Source: Octopus vulgaris
Lineage: Eukaryota
Direction: 5' to 3'
Length of the DNA stretch: 64,000 bases
Assembly: GCA_951406725.2 (NCBI GenBank)
Contig: OX597818.1
Span: 43,896,001 to 43,960,000, forward strand
Part shown: piece after piece, positions 10,957-25,535 of the stretch
Numbering within the stretch: the stretch's first letter is position 1
How the letters are laid out: each line of letters opens with the position of its first letter
Notes under the pieces: generated by a model
What the model was told of the DNA's origin: nothing
Seen by the model: the letters and a program-made list of their open reading frames with translations, nothing else
Database searches by the model: none
Position numbers and translations under genes: made by a program

Positions 10957-13900
10957 TAAAGCCTCTATGCTATCATTCAGCCTACTAGAAATAGTACATA
11001 AATCTCTCTGAAGTCACATCTAATTGTGTATCCAGGATAGTGTAATCTTCAATACAGTATGCTTTAATAAAAAAACAAAAAGCATAAACAGTTGATCTGG
11101 ACCTACTGAACTGGAACTGGCCTGGGGCTAAACAACAAACATCATTGGATAATTTCCTTCTTAAGAAGGAAATTAAGTAAAGAAGCTGTTGTTTCAAGTG
11201 AAGTTGGAAGTTACAAAAATAACCGTCCAAATAACGTAAAGTAATTTTAAAGCTGGTAACACGACATTCTGACAATTAACAGAGGAGAAATAGTTACACA
11301 GATTCATAAAAGAAGCGTTTTCTGTTTAACAAACTTGTACATTCTCAATGGTTTCATTTTACTACAAAACCATATTTATGCCACCATAGGTATCCTGTTA
11401 TACAGGAAAAGTTTGCTACACATGGGAATAGAAAACTACCCCAGCATGGCCACAGCTGACTGGTTGGAATCAGTAAAAGATATCTGTAGATTTAGGAATT
11501 GAATACATTCTTTGTAAAGTATATAACATATGTTAAAGCAAACAAAATATGAAACGCATTAAATTGGAATATGAGAATTCTTAAATAGATAAAGCTGAAT
11601 ATGATAAACAACAAACAGTATTTCTTTTAGATTTTTCACAGTTAAATGCCTATGAAAACCTCAATTTTAAACAACACACACACACACACATTTCTATGTC
11701 CATAGGCAGACATGTCCTCAACAGTTAAGCATATAGGATAATGTGCTAAGTGTAGGAGGAAAATGTCTTGATTTGCTTGTGGTCAGTTTACTTTATGTTA
11801 TATGGAGATAAATATTAAGTACAGAATGGAGCAGACACTCATTAAATAATATATGCTTGTTGTTATTGTTCTAGTTAATCATACTTTCAATAACACACAC
11901 ACACACACACAGAGCATTTTGGCTGGTTGACATTAAGAATGACATTTATAGTTGGAAACGTATTTAATTTTTAATATTTAACTTAAAATCTAATTTCTAG
12001 CATTAAATCTAATTTCCAACATTCTGATTTGATCAAGGAAACCTTGTAACTTGTAAGTAATTGAGTGAGTAACAGAGAAGAAAATTGATGAAGGATTGAG
12101 ATATTCATTGTTGCTAAACTGGAAGTGTGTTTATTATCTTTTGAAATAGGGGAAGGTTTTAAGAGATTTGCAAATTTACATCTAGTATGGAATATCTTGT
12201 CATTCAACCATTTAGACAGAAAGTAAAAAAAGCAGAGATAAAATGAGGGGGAAAAAGAAAGATCCCACCCTCCAGCTTTATTATATTGTAAACTGTTCAA
12301 TTCCTGTTGTTTATTAGGATATGAAAGTTACTAATGACACAAAAATTTATATAATTTGATAGAGCCATTGTGGAAATGTTTGGTAAACCAAATGACATTT
12401 TATTTACAAGAACAGTAGCTAAGTAGTAATAAAACAGTTTTAGAAAATAGTAAAAGATGTTAATACTAAACAATTTTGTATGCCAGAAACCTCTAAAATG
12501 GTAAAGAAAATTAAAGTCCATTCTAAATGCACCTTTCGTTTTGAAATCCATTGCTACTGTTAATGGACAGCTAATAATTATGGTAGCAGAGATTAACATT
12601 TCAATAAAAATTTCTGAGATTTTATTCAAATAAATATTTTAAATATCTGTGAGAAATGACATAACATCTGTGGTAGCTTGCTGTGGCAATTTAAAATGGT
12701 AACTTTGAATGTTGCAAAAACCACTGCATCACAAGCCAATGAGGAAGCCTTATAGCAGACAGTACCATTTTTGAAAAGGAGGTACACATTGAATAATGTT
12801 GTTTGTAATATACTAAGAGGGAAAAGTTAGGATTAGAACACTTCTGATCATAGGTCTGTTTGCTCAAGGATGATCTGAGTTTAAACCGCAATAACCAACA
12901 CTACTTTTTATTCAACCTTATTACAAATATTTCTTTTGGAATTATTTTGCAGTATTCAATACATTACAATCATCTTTTTATAAACTGGGATACTGAAAAC
13001 GGTGAATTTCTGAACAAGTATTAGTTCAAATGATGCAATAGCCGATAATTTAAAATGTATCAACACTCGTATAAGGATTAAGGTTAAATCTACAAATTAA
13101 GGCACAGTAAATGTCAGATGTAGCAATTGAAACGTACAAAAATGTCAGATAAGTTTCTAGACACACACTGGTTAATCACACCAGTTTACAGATGGTAATA
13201 AAATGCTGTACAATTGTGAATTACTGCTGTTGGGAATTATAGCAACATTAATACATAACAGTAACCAGATAATCATGAATAGAGGTGCTTAATGTTAGAA
13301 AGCTTGGAAGAGAAATTTGGTTTTGAGTATAAAAACATCATCATCATCATCATTGTCCACTTTCCATGCTAGCATGGGTTGGACAATTTTGACTGAGGGC
13401 TGGCGAACCAGATGGCTGCATCAGGCTCCAATCTTGATCTGGCAGAGTTTCTACAGCTGGATGCCCTTCCTAATGCCAACCACTCCGAGAATGTAGTGGG
13501 TGCTTTTACGTGCCACCAGCATGGGGGCCAGTCAGGTGGTACTGGCAATGACCTTGTTCGGATCTTTTTACACGTGTTACTGGCACAGGTGCCAGTGAAG
13601 CGACATTGGTAACGATCATGCTCGAATGGTGCCCTTTTACGTGCCACGGGTACGGAAGCCAGTTGGCTGCTCTATACAAGTATCAGCATGTGAGATTTTC
13701 ACTTAATTTTTGTAGGAACCAATCAGTCAGATTGGATGTGTGATATATATTAAATTCTGTCAAGAAGCTAGTTTCATAATAATGTTTGATCAAACTTCAG
13801 ATGTCCTATTTAAAGGTGAAAACACAATGTAGCATTAGTGAAGTAGGAGTTTAAAGTTCTGTATTAAATCCTCTCTTGTTGCAAATGAATGACAGCTACT

Positions 13901-14519
13901 CTTATTATACAGGAAACAAAGAAAAATTTATATTTGATCACTGCCACTCCTTAATGAAATTGTTTAAAGTTAGCACATCTGCAAACCATCACATTTTTGA
14001 TATATTTTTGTCTCCATCCCGACACATGCAACACTTACTAAGCAACCATTTTCCCACCCCACTTGTCTCGCTCACATGTACCATGTAATGCAAAAGGAAA
14101 AAAAAAAGCCTCTTTGTTTCAAATAGGTGACTAATTTTGACAATATGCCTTCCATTCATTTTAATGTCCTTTTGCTAGAAGGGGACTAATTTGAGGCAGT
14201 ATTTTACAATTGATGCCTGATCTGGTCACCAGCTCTTACCTGTTTTTTTCAAGTAGAGGACATCTTTTTACGCCACTGGTCTTTGAACAAGCAGAGTGAT
14301 GAGACATATTGTCAACAAAGAATCAAAGTTGTTTCACTCAAGTAGTGACAAGCAGCAGCATAGGTTACCAACATTCACACACGACAGGCTTCCATACAAG
14401 GCAATGGCAAGCTTGCGACTATAATAGGGGACTCTTGCCTAGCATATTACACAGGGAGATTGAACTCAAAATGCTCTCTATTTTACATAATAAAGTAATT
14501 GCTTTATATAATAGTTTCT

Positions 14520-15650
14520 CTTCTCATGAAATTCTAGTCTTTCTTGCAAGAGGAATCTGTCCTGATCTATGTGTTCCATTCCAAGACAAGCAAGCTCTTC
14601 GATATTTCTAATTACAAACCTCTTGCCCCTACTTCCAATACCCCAAAGGTGATAGAAACAACTGCTAACAATCATCCTGAAACTTCTCTTTGACAGTGCC
14701 CCTACTACCCACCCCGCTAATTCCTTTCTCCAGTACAACATTTGTAGTGCCAGATATACAGGTGGCGAGCTGGCAGAAACGTTAGCACGCCGGGCGAAAT
14801 GCTTAGTGTTATTTTGTCTGTCTTTACGTTCCGAGTTCAAATTCGCTGAGGTCGACTTTGCCTTTCATCCTTTCAGGGTCGATAAATTAAGTACCAGTTA
14901 TGCACTGGGGTCGATGTAATCAACTTAATGTCTTTGTTTGTCCCCTCTATGTTTAGCCCCTTGTGGGCAATAAAGAAATAAGATATACTAGAGACATTCT
15001 CCCCATGGCGTGCACCATTCTTTTGTCCTAGAAGACCTTGGCAAAACTCATGTTGTTGCCAATGACAAAGCTTTGACCATGTCTGACAATGGAAGTGTCC
15101 TAGCAGACTGTTTCATTGAAGCTGACTGAGATTTCTTCAACCTACATTTTATCATCTCTCATGTGCATCAAGGTATGGTTATATTTCCCACACACTTCTT
15201 TCTCTACATTAACAACCTACTTGCCGTCAGTTATAAAAATGACACACCTGTGATTATGACACAAATCTTCATTCCTTAATGTTCTGCATGCACGAGTCAA
15301 ATATGCACCGATTCTATTAATCTGAAAATCATCTTCCAATGGAGATGCAATAATAAAGATATCTTCAGTAGCTCCCTGACACAATCATCAAATACAGCAA
15401 GGAAATACACAACCATGCATGACCAACACACATAAAACTCTTGAAATTGCAACAAATGTTAGAGATCCTAATTTCTGATGAGCCATCATTGGCAACTACA
15501 CGACTATAACGTTATCAAAACTGCATCTCAAAGATAAGGCTTTCTCTTCAGGGCTAGAAAATACTTCCACCCTCTTCCATAGCTGAGCTGCTACAAAGCT
15601 GAAGTAAGGCCTCCATAAAGTACTATTCCTACATTTAAGGTGGTGCTGTG
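14520..15650 (+). mobile_element. Highly degenerate CR1/Jockey-group LINE RT relic, interrupted by a SINE
   Basis: SNYKPLAPTSNTPKVIET (compare NYRPIALTSxxxKxME) at about 14605-14660, with further weak RT-like segments downstream. Confidence 0.5.
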
Positions 15651-15668
15651 ACTGAACACACACATAGC

Positions 15669-16078
15669 GCAGGAGTGGCTGTGTGGTAAGTAGCTTGCTT
15701 ACCAACCACGTGGTTCCGGGATCAGTCCCACTGCGTGGCACCTTGGGCAAGTGTCTTCTACTATAGCCTCGGGCCGACCAAAGCCTTGTGAGTGGATTTG
15801 GTAGACGGAAACTGAAAGAAGCCCGTTGTAAATATGTATATATATATATGTATATGTGTGTGCATGTATGTTTGTGTTTGTCCCCCTAGCATTGCTTGAC
15901 AACTGATGCTAGTGTGTTTATGTCCCCGTCACTTAGCGGTTCGGCAAAAGAGACCAATAGAATAAGTACTGGGCTTACAAAGAATAAGTCCCGGGGTCGA
16001 GTTGCTCGATTAAAGGCGGTGCTCCAGCATGGCCACAGTCAAATGACTGAAACAAGTAAATGAGAGAGTAAAAGAGTA
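15669..16078 (+). mobile_element. SINE family A (about 410 bp, tRNA head, internal (TA)n(TG)n, GAGTAAAA tail)
   Basis: Representative copy. Other full or partial copies at about 18271-18670(-), 18950-19340(-), 19772-20190(-), 36200-36610(-), 42901-43165(+), 44893-45262(-), 50683-51100(+), 58935-59290(+), 63610-63980(-) and 1566-1700(-). Confidence 0.9.
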
Positions 16079-17402
16079 TAGCTGAGAGCATACACAAATT
16101 AAGGCTATTTGGTTGTCAAAAATCTGCTTACAAGGATACAATAACCACTTAAGAGGTGTTTTGTGTTTGGGATAGAATACTTAAATTTTCCCAGGTCACT
16201 TAACTACAAGTTATTTGATAGTTTAAGTATAAAGAACAATGATCACACATTTCAATAATAAAAACATGGGTTTCATAATTTCCACAGTTAGGTTAGATGT
16301 GGTTATTAGAAAAAATATTAGCTAAGTGTTAAGTTTTCCAGTGAAGTTATTTAGTTATATGCCAGCACTTTGTATGGAGCTGAGCACTGGCTTAGCAGAT
16401 CTCAATAATTTGTGGAAGCATTATCAGATGAACTTAGTTGGATTCAGAAGTTAACAAAAAAATAGCCTTTCTTTAAAGATTCTTTTCACTGGCAACAAGT
16501 GGGGGTTGGTGTCAGAAAGGGCATCCAGCCATAGAAAACTTGCCACACACATAGCGCTGCGTATATATACATACATTTTTAGTAGGCGCGGGCATGGCTG
16601 TGTGGTTAGGGAGCTTGCTTCCTAGCTACATGGTTTCGGGTTCAGTCCCACTGCGTGGCACTTTGGGTAGGTGTCTTCCACTATAGCCCCAAGCCAACCG
16701 AAGCTTTGTGATTGAATTCGGTAGGCGGAAGTTACTGCTGTGTGTGTATGTGTGCGTATAGCTGCTCAGTGCCTCTCCGAAAGAGAGAGAGGGAAACTTG
16801 TGAAGAATAACAAATGTTAAATATATGTGACATGAAAACTGGCATTGAAAGATATAGTTTTGTTAGAAATTGTTGAGCAATTTACACAAATATTTGACAA
16901 ACTTTGTAAGTTGGAGGATATAAGAAGCTTTGAAAAAAAATAACATCTTACCATTATAATATAATTATAATAGCTAAAAATTTACCACTGTATCATAGCT
17001 ACTGAACAAAATATCTACAAACATACTGAAAAATAGACAATGAAAATTCAATTTAACTATCCTTACTTGATGAATTATTAATTCATTAATCATTATCTCA
17101 AAGTGCCAAAACTAAATTCAAATTTACCAGGTGAACAAACTTGAATATAACTAGCATATTTTGTTTATTAAGCAGATTCACAGATTTTTCTTTTAAATTG
17201 TTGATTACTAATGCTTGAAGATAGTTTAAACAAAGATATGAAAGTGTAGTTCAATAGTAAGTAAAAAAAAAAAGAACGACTTTCTAACAACTTAGCAAAG
17301 TCAATTTCCATTGTTGTTTGCTGAAGTCTAGAAGTGTGTCTCCTTTCGTGCAATGCTTGACCAGAATAAATTTACTGAAGGAGAAGAAGAAGAAGAACTT
17401 AC

Positions 17403-17605
17403 TCTTGGTCAATTTGTTGATCAGAGCCTATTGGCACAAGTGGAGGTGTGACAGCAGTGGTGGAAGATGCAGAATCAGGCTTGGTATAAGTGTGGAATGA
17501 TGTGTCAACAAAATAACAGTCTCCTTCAACACTGGACAATGTTTCCCAAACCACGTTGCATTCATTCAAGAAACCTTGATCAGTAACCAGTAGAAATAGT
17601 TCATT
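17403..17605 (-). CDS. MINDY1/2: MINDY1/2-family (FAM63) deubiquitinase, internal exon (end of catalytic domain)
   Basis: Poly-T/CAG acceptor (AG at 17606-17607) and GA|GTAAGT donor. Translates NELFLLVTDQGFLNECNVVWETLSSVEGDCYFVDTSFHTYTKPDSASSTTAVTPPLVPIGSDQQIDQ(D). LLVTDQGF..VVWE and QIDQD are recognisable MINDY1/2 motifs. Phase 0 in, phase 2 out. Confidence 0.95.
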
Positions 17606-18158
17606 CTGAAAAAAAAAAAAAAAAAAAAATTTTTTTTTAAAAGGAGAAAAAAGAAAAAAAACCCCATTTTCTTGAACAAATCAATTTCAAAATTGATTTA
17701 TGAGAAAAGACAGGACAAATAGACTTTGACAAGGGCAACGGCTTTACAGGATACATTTTGCATTAAATGTCAGTTGAAGAATGTTAAGTTTAGTGTTGAG
17801 AAGTTAATACAGTTAGGGACCCAAGGCAAGCTGAAGTAAAAGTGAGTCAGAGATAATATTTACAAAGGGATCGGAGTTTTGTTGGAAATGTTTTATTCCT
17901 ATATGAACAGGGTTGGTAAATATTTGTCCCCAAACAAAAAAAGACCACTTGCGGGAGTCACATTCCTTGTAGTCAAATAAAAACCCAAGTAGCATATCCG
18001 GAAAATACCTGCAGTTTGAGTATGATGTTTATTGAATGCAGTCGCAGAGTACCATTGCAATATTGGAATCAGGTGAGTAGCTTAACAAACAAGAACATCT
18101 TAAGTTGCTTAAGTTGAAAAGTCAAAGATTACCACCAGAAGAACAAACTGCTATCAAT

Positions 18159-18210
18159 ATGACGGTATTAAAAGGAGTTGTTTATATTTTTGCCATCTGC
18201 CTTTGCTGCG
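18159..18210 (+). CDS. Nested gene, coding exon 1: signal peptide
   Basis: ATG at 18159, MTVLKGVVYIFAICLCC(V), donor GCG|GTAAGT, phase 1. Basic residue followed by a hydrophobic core. Confidence 0.85.
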
Positions 18211-19169
18211 GTAAGTTACTTTTTTTGCTACAACAATCACAATTATTATTAATAATGATAAAATGCTTACACTTTTACTTGTTTCAATCATTTGACTGTG
18301 GCCATGCTGGAGCACTGCCTTTAGTAAAGCAAATCGACCCCAGGACTTATTCTTTGTAAGCCTAGTACTTATTCTATTGGTCTCTTTTGCTGAACCGCTA
18401 AGTTACGGGGATGTAAACACACCAGCATCGGTTGTCATCGGGAGACAAACATACACACACATATATATATATATATGCGTATATATATATATAGATATAT
18501 ACATGTATATATTTATATATATATATAAGACGGGGTTCTTTCAGTTTCCATCTACCAAATCCACTCACAAGGCTTTGGTTGGCCCGAGGCTATAGCAGAA
18601 GACACTTGCCCAAGGTGCAAAGCAGAGGGACTGAACCTGGAGCCATGTGGTTTGTAAGCACTCTTGCACCAATGTTATTTTAAGTTTTTTTTTCTATATA
18701 TACATATGAGGGGACCTGGCCTAGTGGTTCGGGTGTTACACTCACAATCACAAGAGCATGATTTCAATTCCTAGATTGGGCTCTGTGTTGTGTTCTTGAT
18801 GAAAACACTTCTTTCACATTGCTCCATTCCACTCATCTGTAAATGAACATTTAAGGAATTTTGAAATCTCAGTTATATATCGTGGAAACCAGGTTAAAGT
18901 CTGGTCTCAAGAGTTCTAGGGTTCATGAAAGTCATATATCTTTTATCTTATCTTTTACTTGTTCCAGTCATTAGACTGCGGCCATGCTGGGGCACCACCT
19001 TGAATTTTTAGACAAATGAATCGACCCCAGTACTTACTTTTTAAAGCCTGGTACTTATTCTTTTAGTCTCTTTTGCTGAACTGCTAAGTTATGGGGATGC
19101 AAACACACCAACACTGGTTTTCAAGCAGTGGTGGTGGAAAAAAACACACATACAAAGACATACACACAG

Positions 19170-19200
<31 letters not shown>

Positions 19201-21155
19201 ATGGGTTTCTTTCAGCTTCCATCTACCAAATCCACTCACATGGCCTTGGTTGGCCCGAGGTTATAATAGAAGACACTTGCCCAAGATGCCATATAGTGGA
19301 ACTGAACCCGAAACCATGTGGTTGGGAAGTAAACTTCTTACACCCAGGCAAAGTACTGGGTTGACATAATTAATTGAAACCCCTGAAGGTGGTGCCCAGC
19401 ATGGGCACAGTCCAAAGACTGAAATCAATAGAAATGAAAGTTCTTTTTTATGTCTTTCTACGTAAGTAAACTTCAATAATTTTTTTTCCCCCCACAGGAA
19501 AACATTGTATTAAATGATCACAATGAGTGTACTCATAGATACTTATTTTCAAGGTCGAAGTTGACAATGTTTAGTATAAATATATATGTAGAGCTTTATA
19601 TTTTGCATTGGTGTATAGTTATTTTATGAAAGACAGATAAAGGAAACCCTTTAAGAAATATTAAAATATGTTAATAAAATAGTAAGAAGTTAGATTTTTG
19701 GAAGAAAATAAAACTAAAATAGATATAAATATTATACACAACTTTAAAGATATGTACAGACTTCTTCATGATCTTTTACTTGCTTCAGTTATTGGACTGC
19801 AGCCATGTTGGGGCGTTGTCTTGAAGATTTAGTCAAACAAATCCACCCTGGTACTATATTTAAAGCCTAGTACTTATTCTATTTAGTTTCTTTGGTAGAT
19901 GCTAAACCACAGAGATGTAAACAAGCTAACATCAGTTGTCAAACAATGGTGGGGGTGACAAACATGATCTCAAACACACATATACACTGGGCTTCCTTCA
20001 GTTTCTGTCTACCAAACCCACTCACAAAGCTATGGTTGGCTCCGACTATGGTAGAAGATACTTGCTCAAGGTGCCACACAGTGGGACCATATAATTTACT
20101 TAAATTACCATATAAATAAATTATATGGTAATTTACTTCCCAATTACCATATAATTGGGAAATAAACTTCTTACCACACAGCCATGCTTGCACCAAGAAT
20201 TTAAAAAAAAATACTTCCATAAAAATGTACTTATTGGTTTTATATCCTATTTTATGGACAGGCTAAGCATAATAAATTGAATATACTACTTTAGGAAATA
20301 GACATAGCAAAATTATTATTAAACTTATATTAATCAGGAAGTAATGGACAACAAACCAAAGTTAATTATATTTATTTGATTTTTTTTTCCCCAAAATTCT
20401 TTACTTGATTAAAACATCTATTCGTAAATTTTATATTTGATCTGATAAATGTAGACAAATTCATTAAGAAAGTATTTTACATAAATATTTAGACTACTTT
20501 AAATTTTGTAATAATTAAGAATCCAATTGCAAAAAAAAAAAAAAGAAAATCAGTTATTGAAATAAATGATTTATCTTTGAAAACTGGCAGAAATTCCTCT
20601 GTGAAGACGGTATTGATTATATTGAATCTCCAGGCAATGATTTTTCAAACCAATAACTTTCCATGGAATTAAGACGATTATGTCATCAAAACTACATATT
20701 ATATATTGCACAACTTGAAAGAATATCTTTGAAAACATTTTACCTTTGATTCTCTCTCTTTCTCCATATGTACATATATATTCATACAAGGCAGTGAGCT
20801 AGCAGAAATGTTAGCACGCTGGGCAAAATGCGTAGCTGTATTTCGTCTGCTGTTACGTAGTGAGTTCAAATTCCATCGAGTCAACTTTGCCTTTCATCCT
20901 TTTGGGGTCGATAAATTAAGTACCAGTTATGCACTGGGGTCGATGAAATCGACTTAATCCCTTTGTCTGTCCTTGTTTGTCCCCTCTATGTTTAGCCCCT
21001 TGTAGGCAATAAATAAATATATTTAGTCATACAAACATATACACATTCACACATACATATATGCATTCATTAATTCATGCATACATATACTTACATTAAT
21101 ACATAGATACAAACATACATACATTCATTCATTCATTCATACATACATTCAGTCA

Positions 21156-21199
<44 letters not shown>

Positions 21200-21688
21200 C
21201 ATACATCATCATCATTTAAGATCCGTTTTCCATGCTGGCATGGGTTGGATAGTTTGATGTAAAGCTGTCCAGACTTCAATTGTCATGTAAAAAGCACCCA
21301 GTACACTCTGTAAAGTGGTTGCCATAAGGAAGGGCATCCAGCTGTAGAAACCATGCCGAAACAGACAACTGGACCCTGGTGCAGCTCCCTGGTTTGCCAG
21401 TACCTGTCAAACTGTCCAACCCATGCCAGCATAGAAAACAGATGATGATGATGATGATACACACACACACGTGATTTTGATTTTAGTATCAAAATGAGTT
21501 TCTTTATTTCTGAAGTGTGTAAAATGGTTTGATTTTTAATGAATGCAAATCTTAATCTAAAGTTTATAAAAAGCATACTTTGCTATAAATGTTAGGTAGT
21601 AGGAGCAAAAGAACTGTTGATATTAAGATCATTCAGTTCTCAGGTATTAACATTTCCAAGTAGGATATAAATATATTTCAATTCTATT

Positions 21689-21886
21689 ACAAGTAATGTT
21701 TGTAGCCACTTCAATATGGCTGTCCATTCAAATGGACTTTACTGAAATTTTTTAGCCCCAAGAGGACATCTCCCCTAGCTGGTTAACGATGCACAGCTAG
21801 AGGAGATGGCGTCTTGGGGTTAAAAAATTGCAGTAAAGTCTCTTTGACTGGACAGTCATGTTGAATTGGCTATGAACATTACTTGT
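21689..21886. repeat. Long imperfect hairpin (foldback), arms about 92 bp
   Basis: ACAAGTAATGTT...CTAGCTG, a loop of about 12 nt, then CAGCTAG...AACATTACTTGT. Confidence 0.85.
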
Positions 21887-24800
21887 TAGTACAACCACTG
21901 CATTGATCTCTTAGAGAAATTTCAGAATTCTATAACATTTGTGCACCTAAGCATGGCTTTACTTCAGTTCTAAACAAATGGGGATTCTCAAGAAGTCAGT
22001 GTGATCCACTATAGAATATTGCTCATGTATTTGGAGTGGAGTTGTTACAAGAAATCTCTGGTTGTGATTAAGAAAAAAAGGAAATAATAGAATTGAATAA
22101 AACAATTTAATAATTCAGCTCAAGCATTTGCATCAATTTACAATGCTGATAAGTTAAATAAATTGCTTTTTTTCTTATTCAAACTTTATTGTTCCAGAGT
22201 AGGTCTTGATGTATCTATTATTCATTTACTTCAATAATCTAGTTTAATAATGAAATAGAGATCTTGGTTGTTGAAGTATTTATGCTTCAAAGGAAGCACT
22301 CCATCGGTTACGACGATGAGGGTTCTGGTTGATCCAATCAACGGAACAGCCTGCTCGTGAAATTAACGTGTAAGTGGCTGAGCACTCCACAGACACGTGT
22401 ACCCTTAATGTAGTTCTTGGGGATATTCAGCGTGACACAGAGAGTGACAAGGCCGGCCCCTTGAGATACAGGTACAACAGAAACAGGAAGTAAGAGTGAG
22501 AGAAAGTTGTGGCGAAAGAGTACAGCAGGGATCACCACCATCCCCTGCCGGAGGCTCGTGGAGCTTTAGGTGTTTTCGCTCAATAAAGACTCACAACGCC
22601 CAGTCTGGGAATCGAAACAGCGATCCTACGACTGCGAGTCTGCTGCCCTAACCACTGGGCCATTGCGCCTCCCATTTGAGAATAACTAACAAAGAAACAA
22701 TTAGAAAGGAAAAATCCCCAAAGTAATCAAAGAAAATAATCGTAGTTATTGACTTTGTCGTCCTTGAATGTATTCTGGTTCCAACTTTGTAACATTATTG
22801 ATGTTGCCCTTTATTATTTGTTCTAACCCTTTTAAACATCTCGAAAGAAAATAGATTTTTCATTTGACTTCTCATATTTCAAAAGAAATAAGAGAAGTCA
22901 AATTAAAAAGAAATCTCTTTTCTCTCTAAAGATTTAAAGGGGTTAAAACAATCATAGCATCAATCATATTTTGTCTTAACAGAATGGCCTCAACAATTAA
23001 TGGGTTTATTGCTCTTTACAGGAATTAATAATAAAAATATGTAATTACAATCATCTTTAATTTTGTTTTAATCGTATAAATTTATAAAAGATGTTTGGAT
23101 GAAAAGTTAGATGGATAATTTATACTAGCATCCAGCATAAATAGATCCATCATTATCCAATAAAATAATTAAATTTCTTCGTAATTATCTATTATGTTCC
23201 TTTTATTAAATGTGTAGTATTTTCAAATAAATGGCATTTTTCAGAACATACCCAACAGGAAAATATACAATTTATTCAATATGAACAACACAACTGAAGC
23301 TAATAAACTTATTTTTCAAAGAAAAAAATCAACAAACTTAACATTCCTTGAAGGATTCATGGTTGATACACATTGTTCACATATGATTTATCTCCAAAAC
23401 TAACCCCTTTCATTCCATGCATCTGATCACCTTTCTCTGATGCATCCATGCTGTACCCAAGCCCGCAAACCCAGTACTAATCACTTCAAAACATTGACTC
23501 CCTGGAATTTCCTTCTCTGCACATATTTTTCCTGCAGTCATTGATTTGCAACAGTTTAAGTGGGAAAATGATGGCATAAACCCCATTAGCCTTAGAGTTG
23601 TGAAAATTACAAACACAACCCTATCTTCCAGACATAACTCATAAAAATAAAGTAACCACAGCTTAAAACTGAATGAAACCGCAGATTGTTCGCTTACGGA
23701 TATAATGTAGCTGAATTTCATAGCTGTCACTCAACTGGATAGCTTTACACAGCTGAATGAAATGAAATTAAAACCACAGATTTTCCCTCCTACAAACCTA
23801 TTTTTTATTATCAAAGAGATCTGGATATTTTTACTGAATGAAAGTATTTTTTCTTCTTAGATACAAAATATATTTAAGAGTTTCACAAAAAAAAACTGAT
23901 TAAAGGAACTAAATCTTTAAAGGAAAATTAAAATATGTGTTGTCACTCTGATTAAACAGCTACTGCATTCAAATATAAGAAACTAACAGACGCTTTGCAT
24001 ACACACACACATATACACACAGCTTCGTTGGGCCTGCAGTAATTTATTTTCCTTCAGCCTTCTTGCTACAATTTCAAATTTCTTCTTTTATGCTGTTAGT
24101 AGCTCTTTGAACAGAATCTTGAAAATTTCTTGTAATAACAACTTAGTGTCATCCAATAGCATAAAGATGCAGTTAATACGGATATTGAGGCGACACACCA
24201 GCAACATTTGTCTAATTCATGAACAACACACAACTAAAACTTTCACCAAATTATTAAAAGTTTAGACAACACAATTTCTGCTGTCTTCCATGGCAGCTAC
24301 ATTTCTATAACATAACCAAAACGACATCTAAAAGTATAAGTTTTCTTCAGGATAGTTTTAATATTTAAAAAAAAATCCTTTACAGGACATAAATGTGATT
24401 TGCAGTAAAGGACTACACAAACATTCTAGAACCATAAAAATAGTTCTACCAAGTAAAATGCAAGCTTATATTCATTCAACATGCTATCTCTTTTACTGAG
24501 AGAGTACAACACTTCCTGCTCTCCTGAGCTAGCAAGCTGTGTACCCTGAAGATGCATCACACTTTCTCAGCAGGTCTTCAACATCCCTTCCCCCAAATCC
24601 TGTTTAGACATTTTAACCAATCCTTTTTTGCCAGAACTGCAGTTCTCTGGAGCAATTTCCTTGTCTAGGCTTTCCCTAGAGGTGTCATCTTGCAAAAGTT
24701 ACGATTAAACATTAACTGTATCAATATTGTTAGTCTGAGAAAGCCTACAAAAGCTATGAACATAACTCCTCTTACTTAGAGTAAATAAATCAAAATGAGC

Positions 24801-25493
24801 ATTTTTTTGTTAGCGAAATCCCTCTCGCTCAAGGGCACTTGCAAGAAAAAAAGGGACATTGAATGAATAAACAAATGAATACAAAAACACATGTTTTGGA
24901 ATTTTTTGTTGTTTTTTTTTCTGCAAATGTAATGAAAAGCACCCAGTACAGGTTGTAGAGTATATTTATTTGTACGAAACTAGTAATTAATTCAGTGAGA
25001 CCTTACATGCAATAGAAATTCACACTGAGCAAAAACTGAGTATGATGTGAGAATCACCAGATTCATGCAATTATAAATATATCCGAACGTGATCAATGCC
25101 AAGCCTGCCTGACTGGCTCCTGTGCTGGTGGCATGTAAAAAGCACCTACTACATTCTCGGGGTGGTTGGCATTAGGAAGGGCATCCAGCTGTAGAAACTC
25201 TGCCAGATCAGATTGGAGCCTGGTGCGGCCGCTTGCTTTCCAGACCTCAGTCAAACCGTCCAACCCATGCCAGCCAGCATGGAAAAATGAATGTTAAACA
25301 ATAATTATAGGTATGGTTTGTCTTGGAGAAATTCATTTCCTAATCACATGATGTCAGGCTCAGACCACTTTGTAGCACTCTGGGCAAGTGTCTGCTACTC
25401 TAGTCCCAGACTGACCAAAGCCTTATGAGAGGATTTGGTAGATGGAACTAAAAGAAGCCCATTGTGAGTGTGTGTGTGCATGTGCACATACAT

Positions 25494-25535
<42 letters not shown>

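Noticed and set aside
24566-24690. Minus-strand short frame DDTSRESLDKEIAPENCSSGKKG...KTC*
   Set aside because: Weak acceptor, no partner exons and no recognisable homology.
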